DNA of 64,000 nt from Chloroflexota bacterium (GTDB taxonomy: Bacteria; Chloroflexota; Anaerolineae; Anaerolineales; E44-bin32): NCBI GenBank assembly GCA_027298025.1, contig JAPUGV010000222.1, forward strand, positions 5,146 to 69,145. The letters run 5' to 3'. Numbering within the stretch: the first letter of the stretch is position 1; each line of letters starts with the position of its first letter. Both the position numbers and the translations under genes were made by a program. The notes under the pieces are model-generated. The model worked only from the letters and a program-made list of their open reading frames with translations, did not search any database and had not been told where the DNA came from. This document shows, one piece after another, positions 49,596 to 56,713 of this stretch.

Positions 49596-50381
49596 TCATG
49601 CGACTTCCCAGCATTGGTAAAGGCCCAATCGGCCGTTCTCTCCATCCGAACGATATTCTTGGGCCACCCGATAGCCGGCCTCATCGGCAAGTTTATGGAG
49701 CTCGTCCTCCGTAAAGTGGTGGACATAACGCACCCCGCGGCCACCTTCACGCCAATCCACCAAATAGTCTCCCTCGTCAACTTCATCTTTCCCCAAATCC
49801 ACGGTCTCCCATGGCACAACCCGATCCCGGAGACGCGGGCTCGCCAGAAAATCCCACACCGAGACCGCCACGCAGCATTCGGCACTTAAAAGTGCTCTGA
49901 TTGCGATTGCGGTCGATGTTCGCAACTCCGTGGTGGGTAGATGGTGAAGGACCGCGAAGGCAAATGCCCAGTCGAACTGACTCGATCTTCCCGCATTACC
50001 TGGCCCTGAGGCCGGGTCTTCCCTAAGCAGAGTTCGCGCGGTCTCGGGCCACTCATCGTCGCTCAGGTCGGCCAATCCGAACTGGTAGCGCGGCGGTTGC
50101 AACGGCTCGGAGATCGATTCCAAAAGCGGGCGGCTTGCGTCCAGTCCCACATACCGTCCGGAAAAACCGCGCTCCCTGAGCTCCTCGGCCAACGCACCAT
50201 GTGCGCAGCCGATATCGAGCACGTTCGCGTCTAAGCGCACTGACTCGAGAACTCGAACGACACCTGGCTGCAGACGCCCACGGGTAACCCGGAAGGGTTG
50301 GGCAAAGCTCTGATAGAATCCGCGGTTAATGCTAAGCAGACGTTCGACGACTTCTCTTCGCACGAGCACCTCACGAGGCAC
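49596..50381 (-). CDS. class I SAM-dependent methyltransferase with Trm9-like sequence blocks
   Basis: 261 aa with a GTG start. The SAM motif is VLDIGCAHGALAEEL. It also carries FAQPFRVTRGRLQPGV, FDWAFAFAVLHHLPTTELR, RDRVVPW and RYVHHFTEDELHKLADEAGY. Confidence 0.8.
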   Translation of the reverse strand: MPREVLVRREVVERLLSINRGFYQSFAQPFRVTRGRLQPGVVRVLESVRLDANVLDIGCAHGALAEELRERGFSGRYVGLDASRPLLESISEPLQPPRYQFGLADLSDDEWPETARTLLREDPASGPGNAGRSSQFDWAFAFAVLHHLPTTELRTSTAIAIRALLSAECCVAVSVWDFLASPRLRDRVVPWETVDLGKDEVDEGDYLVDWREGGRGVRYVHHFTEDELHKLADEAGYRVAQEYRSDGENGRLGLYQCWEVA

Positions 50382-51989
50382 AAGCGGATTATAGCGGTGG
50401 CCCAGGACTGGTACGAAGCCCGTAAGTACACACCCGCGAAGCTCAGCCTTGCGCGCGAGATTCTGGTGGAAGTACGCGCCGGTCAGAAGGTTTCAAAGGC
50501 CGTGCGCGCGCACCCTCTCCCAGAGGGGGGCTACGTTGGCAAGCACGTGCTGGTACACGCTTACCGGGAGCTGACCGAGGCCGGCACATGGGAGTTCGAA
50601 GCGCAGCTGCTGAGCCGCATTCGCATGAAACCCACACGGACGCTATCCGGTGTCACCACCGTCACCGTACTCACGAAGCCTTACCCGTGTCCCGGAAAAT
50701 GCATCTTCTGTCCCACCGATGTGCGCATGCCCAAGTCGTATCTGCCGGACGAACCTGGAGCGATGCGCGCCCTCCATCATAAATTCGATCCATTCGACCA
50801 GACGGCAGCCAGATTGGCGGCGTTGGAAGCCATTGGGCACCCAACAGACAAAATCGAATTGCTGATATTGGGAGGGACCTGGAGTTCCTACCGTGACGAT
50901 TACCAGGAATGGTTCATCCAGCGCTGCCTGGATGCCATGAATGGATTTGAGTCGTCCACCTTCATCGAGGCTCAAGAGGCGAACGAGGCGGCAGGACACA
51001 AGAACGTTGGAATGGTCATCGAGACTCGCCCAGATCACGTGTCTCTCGCCGAAATCGCTCGATTGCGGGCGCTGGGCGTCACAAAGGTTCAGCTCGGAGC
51101 CCAAAGCCTCGACGACCGTATCCTTGAACTGAACGCACGCGGCCATACGGTGGCCGAGACCCGAGAGGCCGTGCGCTTGCTCCGAGCAGCTGGATTTAAG
51201 ATCGTGCTGCACTGGATGCCGAACTTGCTGGGCTCCACACCCAAATCGGACCGCCACGACTTCACTCGACTCTGGGACGATCGAGATCTGCGGCCGGATG
51301 AGATCAAGATCTACCCATGCCAGTTGCTTGAGAATGCCGAGCTTTATGAGTACTGGGAGCGGGGCGAATACCAGCCGTACTCGACCAACGAACTCATCGA
51401 GCTCATCGCCGACATCAAGCCTACGATCCCTGAATACTGTCGCGTTAACCGAGTGATCCGGGACATTCCTTCCACCAATGTGGTGGCCGGGAATAAGCGC
51501 ACAAGCCTGCGGCAGGATATTCATGACGAGATGAGGCTGCGAGGAACACGCTGCCGCTGCATTCGTTGCCGCGAAGTTCGTGGCGAGAAGGTGCAATGGA
51601 GCGCACTGCAGCTCGATGACTTCTCCTACGAAGCCGGTGGGGCGGAGGAACACTTTCTCACATTCACTGCGAGCGGCGACCGGCTGGTGGGCTTATTACG
51701 ACTTAGCTTGCCAGGCCCAGCCTCTCCGTGCATAGAGCTGCGCGATCTCGGGCAGGCGGCGATCGTGCGTGAGGTGCATGTTTACGGTCAGTCGCTTCAG
51801 GTCGGGGCGGATCAGTCCGGAGCCGCCCAGCACATCGGGCTAGGCACACGCCTCATGATGAAAGCCGAGGCTATTGCCCGTCGCAGCGGCTACCGCAGGT
51901 TGGCAGTGATCTCGGCACTGGGCACACGGGGCTACTATCGGAAGCTCGGCTATGAGCTGGGCGAGACCTACATGGTCAAGCGTCTTTGA
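50298..51989 (+). CDS. elp3: Elp3-type radical-SAM / GNAT acetyltransferase (tRNA U34 carboxymethyl-type modification enzyme homolog; start uncertain)
   Basis: The ORF contains KPTRTLSGVTTVTVLTKPYPCPGKCIFCP (a CX3CX2C radical-SAM cluster), a radical-SAM body (GGTWSSY, MVIETRPD, VQLGAQSLDD) and a C-terminal GNAT (HIGLGTRLMMKAEAIARRSGYRRLAVISALGTRGYYRKLGYE). Possible starts are TTG 50298, GTG 50397 and ATG 50625. Confidence 0.85.
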   Translation: MGKALIESAVNAKQTFDDFSSHEHLTRHKRIIAVAQDWYEARKYTPAKLSLAREILVEVRAGQKVSKAVRAHPLPEGGYVGKHVLVHAYRELTEAGTWEFEAQLLSRIRMKPTRTLSGVTTVTVLTKPYPCPGKCIFCPTDVRMPKSYLPDEPGAMRALHHKFDPFDQTAARLAALEAIGHPTDKIELLILGGTWSSYRDDYQEWFIQRCLDAMNGFESSTFIEAQEANEAAGHKNVGMVIETRPDHVSLAEIARLRALGVTKVQLGAQSLDDRILELNARGHTVAETREAVRLLRAAGFKIVLHWMPNLLGSTPKSDRHDFTRLWDDRDLRPDEIKIYPCQLLENAELYEYWERGEYQPYSTNELIELIADIKPTIPEYCRVNRVIRDIPSTNVVAGNKRTSLRQDIHDEMRLRGTRCRCIRCREVRGEKVQWSALQLDDFSYEAGGAEEHFLTFTASGDRLVGLLRLSLPGPASPCIELRDLGQAAIVREVHVYGQSLQVGADQSGAAQHIGLGTRLMMKAEAIARRSGYRRLAVISALGTRGYYRKLGYELGETYMVKRL

Positions 51990-52024
51990 ACCAAGGACGA
52001 CACTTTCACCTCGAGGGCCTGTAA

Positions 52025-52720
52025 ATGGGATTGAGTAGTTTGCTGGTCGTAGGTTTCTTGCTGGGAGTGCGCCACGCGCTGGATCCCGATCACATCGCTT
52101 CGGTAGCAACGATTTCAAGCGGCAGCCGGACCCTAAGGGACGGCCTCAAACAGGGGGCGGCGTGGGGGGTAGGTCACACACTCACCTTACTGCTCTTCGG
52201 AGGATCCGCATTGCTGCTAGGGTTCGTGGTTCCAGAAGACCTGGCACTTGTTCTCGAACTCGCGGTGGGTGTGATGCTCATCTTGCTTGGAGCGGATGTG
52301 GTACGACGAATCATCAGGGAGCGAATTCACTTACACCGCCACGATCACGCGGATGGCGCTTCGCATTTTCATATCCACTCACACGCGCAGTCCAATCGAC
52401 ATGAACACGCCCACTCCCCGCTCATCCTGCTGAGGGCGCTGTTTGTGGGCCTGATGCACGGATTGGCGGGTTCTGCGGCGCTGGTTCTACTCAGCGTCGC
52501 CTCTGCCCCGTCCATTTCAAGCGGGATCATATACATCCTCGTATTCGGCGGCGGCTCCATTCTCGGGATGGGCTTGCTCTCCGTCACGATCGTCCTTCCC
52601 CTTCGACTCTCCTCAAATCGCTTTGAACGTGCTCAAAGGAATTTTCGTTTTTGGGTCGGTATTGTCACGATCGTGCTCGGTCTAAGCATCGTTCGCAATA
52701 TTCTCGTCATCGGCCTCTGA
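52025..52720 (+). CDS. NicO/RcnA-like nickel/cobalt transporter-family membrane protein with a His-rich loop
   Basis: 231 aa with about six TM helices. The HX4DH signature sits in GVRHALDPDHIASV. The central loop RERIHLHRHDHADGASHFHIHSHAQSNRHEHAHSP has 11 His in 35 residues. Confidence 0.7.
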   Translation: MGLSSLLVVGFLLGVRHALDPDHIASVATISSGSRTLRDGLKQGAAWGVGHTLTLLLFGGSALLLGFVVPEDLALVLELAVGVMLILLGADVVRRIIRERIHLHRHDHADGASHFHIHSHAQSNRHEHAHSPLILLRALFVGLMHGLAGSAALVLLSVASAPSISSGIIYILVFGGGSILGMGLLSVTIVLPLRLSSNRFERAQRNFRFWVGIVTIVLGLSIVRNILVIGL

Positions 52721-52744
52721 TTGAAATTCCGACTTAAACAAACC

Positions 52745-52770
52745 GGGGCAGCTGATGACTCAGCTGCCCC
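52745..52770. terminator. hairpin between convergent genes (better terminator context on the minus strand)
   Basis: GGGGCAGCTGA-tgac-TCAGCTGCCCC is an 11-bp perfect stem. On the minus strand it is followed by GGTTTGTTTAAG. Confidence 0.55.
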
Positions 52771-52820
52771 ATCCGGTTGCAAGAACCGGAACCGCCTGTT
52801 GATTCGATTCTATCTTAAGG

Positions 52821-52851
52821 ATCCGCGCGGGTCAATTTGACTCGCGCGGAT
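52821..52851. repeat. 31-bp near-perfect palindrome
   Basis: ATCCGCGCGGGTCAA-T-TTGACTCGCGCGGAT has 15-nt arms with one mismatch. It lies 10 nt downstream of the stop of the 52862..53275 ORF. Confidence 0.8.
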
Positions 52852-52861
52852 TGGGTGGCGA

Positions 52862-53275
52862 CTAGTCGCTGAGGATCCAGAAACTCGTCACCCGGATCTG
52901 ATTTCGATCCGCCCAATCTTTCACGCTGGCCGCCAGAGAATCCGGGGCGACGACGTAGAAAGAACCTTCCCCCACTTTAGCCCGGCGTGCCAGGGTCTTG
53001 CACGATTTCTCGGAGACGCTAGAGGCAAGCCCGTCCCGATTGATCACATACCAAAAAGCCTCACGCCACTTCATCGTTTTCCATTCCAGCGCGGAGACAT
53101 GCGGACGAACGCCGTGCATATCATCGGGGGGGCCCGCTGGCCAGTTGGTGGGGGTAGCGCGCACATCTAAAAAGTTTGCTGCCTGCGAGACGCGTTCTGC
53201 CACCTGGCCTACGAGGTGGTCGAGCTCCGTTTTCGTGGTGTGATTAATCTGCAACGCAGAGTTCAACGTCGCCAT
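52862..53275 (-). CDS. hypothetical protein (no family recognised)
   Basis: 137-aa ORF (MATLNSALQINHTTKTELDHLVGQVAERV...WKTMKWREAFWYVINRDG...FYVVAPDSLAASVKDWADRNQIRVTSFWILSD). It is not hydrophobic and has no motif I can name. Confidence 0.5.
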   Translation of the reverse strand: MATLNSALQINHTTKTELDHLVGQVAERVSQAANFLDVRATPTNWPAGPPDDMHGVRPHVSALEWKTMKWREAFWYVINRDGLASSVSEKSCKTLARRAKVGEGSFYVVAPDSLAASVKDWADRNQIRVTSFWILSD

Positions 53276-53380
53276 GGCTGGGGCCCTCCGGCAATCCCAC
53301 GCAGATGCTACTCTTCGGAAGAATTAGGGGAAATAGGATATCCGTCCCCCACATATGTGGTGGAACATTTGTGCTGTGCG

Positions 53381-53408
53381 TGGACCCGAAACTGGCGTGC
53401 GATATAAT
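53381..53408 (+). promoter_or_regulatory. promoter candidate for the ABC exporter gene
   Basis: TGGACC (53381-53386), a 16-nt spacer, then TATAAT (53403-53408). It lies 48 nt upstream of the ATG at 53457. Confidence 0.35.
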
Positions 53409-53456
53409 GCCATCTTCGTTTCGAACGTAGTTAGCCAAACAGGTCTCGAGGACAGC

Positions 53457-55472
53457 ATGGGGTTTCACTCAGGCAACTGGTATTCCTTCATCCGATACGA
53501 CGAGGACCAGGATCAGCCGCAGGTTAACAAAGGATTATTGCGGCGCGTGGCGCGCTTCGCCAGACCCTACTGGCGCTGGGTCGCGCTCACGCTGGTAACG
53601 ATTATCGGGATTTCTCTGCTGAGCTTAGTACGCCCGCTGCTGATCCGTAATCTGATCGATGTGGCCATTCCTCAAGGGGACGTTGCCCGCTTGAGCCGGC
53701 TTGCACTGGCGATGATTGCAGTTCCGATCATCAATGGCCTGCTCGGCGTGGCGCAGCGGTACGCTAGCGCTACCGTAGGCGAGGGGCTCATTTTCGATCT
53801 GAGAAGCAGCGTGTATGCGCACCTGCAACGCATGAGCTTGCGCTTCTACACTCACACTCAGACCGGTGAGATGATGTCGCGTTTGAACAACGATGTCGTC
53901 GGGGCTCAACGGGCGGTGACCGGAACGCTGGTTACGATCGTGAGCGATTCGATTTCACTGATCGCTACATTGGCGATCATGACCGCCCTCGATTGGCGCC
54001 TGACTTTGCTTAGCGTGGCCATTTTGCCGCTGTTCATCCTTCCTGCCCGGCGTGTTGGACGGGTTCTTCGAAAGATCGCGCGCGAGCAGATGAATCTGAA
54101 CGCGCGCATGAACGCACTGATGAGCGAGACGCTCAACATCAGCGGGGCTCTGCTGGTCAAGATTTTTGGCCGATATGATACGGAGGTGGGCCGCTTCCGG
54201 GAGCGCGCGGCAGACGTGCGCGACATTGGAATTCGCCAGGCCTTCGTCGGTCGCTGGTTCTTTCTGTCGCTCAGCCTCGTTACCGCGATCGGCACCGCAA
54301 TGGTTTTTTGGTTCGGAGGCTACCTCGTCATCGTCGACATTTTCACCCTGGGCACGCTGGTAGCCTTCACCGCCTATTTGGTCAATCTCTACGGCCCGCT
54401 CATGGCGCTGACCAACGCTCGAGTCGATTTCGCTACCTCCATGGTGAGCTTCGAACGAGTCTTCGAGGTACTCGACCTGCCAGTCGAGATCCAGGATCGG
54501 CCAAATGCGGTCAAGATCGATCGCGCGGAAGGAAACGTTCGATTTGAGGAGGTCTCCTTTAGCTATATGGAGGGGGGCGATGCCGGCTCGGGGCTCGAGG
54601 AGGTGCGGCGTTTCTCGTGGGGAGGTCGAGGAACTTATGTGCCGCCGACCCAAACCAAAGACGGTAAGCCGCTCGATGGTGAGGATAAAGGTGAGAATGG
54701 GAGGGAGAGCAGGCCCGAAGAGCGCCGCTGGGCCTTGAAAGATCTAAATTTCGAAATGAAGGCTGGCCAGGTTGCGGCTCTGGTGGGACCCAGCGGGGCG
54801 GGTAAGTCGACGATCACTTACCTCTTGCCTCGTCTCTACGATCCGACCGAAGGACGCGTCACGCTGGATGGTATCGATTTGCGCGATATCATGCTGGAGT
54901 CGCTTGCCGGTCAGGTGGGGATGGTCACGCAAGAGACGTTCCTCTTCCACGATACCGTGCGCAATAATCTGCTCTATGCAAAGGATGACGCCACTCCCGA
55001 GCAGATCGAAGAGGCATGCCGGGCGGCTAACATTCACGAGTTCATCGAGCAATTGCCGAATAGATATGAGACGCTTGTGGGTGAACGAGGGTATCGGTTA
55101 TCCGGCGGGGAAAGACAGCGGGTGGCAATTGCCCGGGTGATCCTCAAAGATCCCAAGGTGCTGATTCTCGACGAAGCCACCAGTCACCTCGATTCCCGAT
55201 CCGAGTCCCTGATCCAGCGTGCGATGGAACGAGTGATGAAGGGCAGGACCTCGCTGGTGATCGCGCACCGATTGAGCACCATCATCGGAGCGGACTGGAT
55301 CCTGGTCGTGGATCAGGGGCGTCTGGTCGAACAGGGGCGGCATCACGAGCTACTGGCGCGGCGTGGCCTCTACCATACGCTCTACGAGACACAGTTCAAG
55401 GAAGGTTTCCTGAGCGAAAGCGAGGCAAAGGACCGACTGGAAACAGCCTCAGAGACCCACCGGGATTCCTAG
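53457..55472 (+). CDS. ABC transporter, fused permease/ATP-binding (MsbA/exporter type)
   Basis: ATG at 53457 lies downstream of the promoter candidate. There is a six-helix TMD. The NBD has Walker A GPSGAGKST, the signature LSGGERQR and Walker B LILDEATSHLD. A roughly 50-aa insertion precedes Walker A. Confidence 0.88.
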   Translation: MGFHSGNWYSFIRYDEDQDQPQVNKGLLRRVARFARPYWRWVALTLVTIIGISLLSLVRPLLIRNLIDVAIPQGDVARLSRLALAMIAVPIINGLLGVAQRYASATVGEGLIFDLRSSVYAHLQRMSLRFYTHTQTGEMMSRLNNDVVGAQRAVTGTLVTIVSDSISLIATLAIMTALDWRLTLLSVAILPLFILPARRVGRVLRKIAREQMNLNARMNALMSETLNISGALLVKIFGRYDTEVGRFRERAADVRDIGIRQAFVGRWFFLSLSLVTAIGTAMVFWFGGYLVIVDIFTLGTLVAFTAYLVNLYGPLMALTNARVDFATSMVSFERVFEVLDLPVEIQDRPNAVKIDRAEGNVRFEEVSFSYMEGGDAGSGLEEVRRFSWGGRGTYVPPTQTKDGKPLDGEDKGENGRESRPEERRWALKDLNFEMKAGQVAALVGPSGAGKSTITYLLPRLYDPTEGRVTLDGIDLRDIMLESLAGQVGMVTQETFLFHDTVRNNLLYAKDDATPEQIEEACRAANIHEFIEQLPNRYETLVGERGYRLSGGERQRVAIARVILKDPKVLILDEATSHLDSRSESLIQRAMERVMKGRTSLVIAHRLSTIIGADWILVVDQGRLVEQGRHHELLARRGLYHTLYETQFKEGFLSESEAKDRLETASETHRDS

Positions 55473-55563
55473 TCCTCCATCATTGAATTCATCAATCGAT
55501 CCCACCCGTGTGCTGGATTGTGTGGCTGCGCGCTTGCTCGCACGGTTGCGCTCCGCAAAAGCA

Positions 55564-55587
55564 TGCAACCTTCCACGGATCGCTGCG
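55564..55587 (+). promoter_or_regulatory. ECF-type promoter candidate (autoregulation)
   Basis: GCAAC (AAC at 55566-55568), 16 nt, then CGT (55585-55587). It lies about 30 nt upstream of the ECF sigma ATG and is only a partial match to GAAC-N16-CGT. Confidence 0.3.
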
Positions 55588-55617
55588 TATATATGAGTAG
55601 AACGAGAACGGCTGCCA

Positions 55618-56202
55618 ATGGCGGGTGACGACGAAAAAGCTCTGATAAATGCAGCCGTGAACGGCGATGATGATGCATTCACAAAGATCGTCGAGCGATA
55701 TCAAAAGCCGGTCTACAACCTCTGCTATCGACTGCTGGGAAATCACGGAGATGCGGAAGACGCCTCCCAGGAAGCATTTATGAAAGCCTATAGAGGGCTC
55801 GGAAAGTACGATCTGCAGCGCCCGTTCATATCCTGGTTGCTTGCGATCGCGTACAACCTGTGCATTGATCAGCTCCGACGTCGGCGCGTTACCTGGGTCG
55901 GCCTCGAAGCGCTGTTTGACAGGTCCGACCCGCTATCACGGACTCCCGAAGTTGCCTTAGAGGCCAGAAACGAAGCCGAGGGCGTTCAAAAGATCCTCTC
56001 AACCTTGAGCGTGAAGGATCGAGCCGTGGTCGTTCTGCGTTATTGGTACGACTATTCTTATGACGAAATTGCGGAAACGCTGTCGTTGACGAACGGTGCG
56101 GTCAAGAGTCGACTGCACCGTGCACGCCGCGAACTGATGGGTACATGGAATGCCGAGCAGCTGGCGCTAGGAGAAAGTCAGAATGAAGTCTCGCCTGCTT
56201 GA
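55618..56202 (+). CDS. ECF-family RNA polymerase sigma factor
   Basis: 194 aa. Region 2 reads YQKPVYNLCYRLLGNHGDAEDASQEAFMKAYRGL and WLLAIAYNLCIDQLRRR. Region 4 reads SYDEIAETLSLTNGAVKSRLHRARREL. Confidence 0.9.
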   Translation: MAGDDEKALINAAVNGDDDAFTKIVERYQKPVYNLCYRLLGNHGDAEDASQEAFMKAYRGLGKYDLQRPFISWLLAIAYNLCIDQLRRRRVTWVGLEALFDRSDPLSRTPEVALEARNEAEGVQKILSTLSVKDRAVVVLRYWYDYSYDEIAETLSLTNGAVKSRLHRARRELMGTWNAEQLALGESQNEVSPA

Positions 56203-56713
56203 TCCATGGCCGCTCGACGAGCGCGATCTGAGTGCTGCCGAAAGGGAGCGTCTTGAGCGTTCGCTCGCGGAATCTCCAGAGCTGCGGAGGGAACTTAGCG
56301 CCTGGCAGGCGATTGAAGCTTCGCTCCGAGGATCGCCCGTTATCGGCCCGAGGCCGGGTTTTGCCCGCCGGTGGCGATTGAGTCTGGCTGAGAGACAAGA
56401 ACGCCGGCGCCAGCGGCACGTCAAGTGGTTGCTCGGGGTGTTGCTGATGGGAGCGTTTGCCGCGATGTTGCTCATTGGATTGGAAGCCCTGGCCTCGCCG
56501 GCTCAGTTGGGCGTAGCCTGGCTCGAGGCGGTTATACGGGTCGGCCAGATCCTCGAGACAGGCGCGCGCTTCTTGACCATCTTGGGGGATGGCTGGCCGG
56601 CTCTCCTGGGTGCCTTGGCATTGAGCGCTGGCCTGGCGTGGTTGAGCGTGCTGTGGGCCGCTGCAATGGTTCGATATGGTTTTGGCCGAGTTCAGAATGG
56701 AGTGAGTGGATGA
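56183..56713 (+). CDS. putative membrane-anchored anti-sigma factor
   Basis: 176 aa, overlapping the sigma gene by 20 nt. It has a helical N-terminus (SAAERERLERSLAESPELRRELSAWQAIEASL) followed by TM segments. There is no HxxxCxxC zinc motif. Confidence 0.6.
   Translation: MKSRLLDPWPLDERDLSAAERERLERSLAESPELRRELSAWQAIEASLRGSPVIGPRPGFARRWRLSLAERQERRRQRHVKWLLGVLLMGAFAAMLLIGLEALASPAQLGVAWLEAVIRVGQILETGARFLTILGDGWPALLGALALSAGLAWLSVLWAAAMVRYGFGRVQNGVSG

Noticed and set aside
52025-52720. UreH/HupE-type urease or hydrogenase accessory role for the His-rich membrane protein
   Set aside because: No urease or hydrogenase genes are in the window. Only the generic NicO/NiCoT-type HX4DH signature is visible, so only the family-level call is made.
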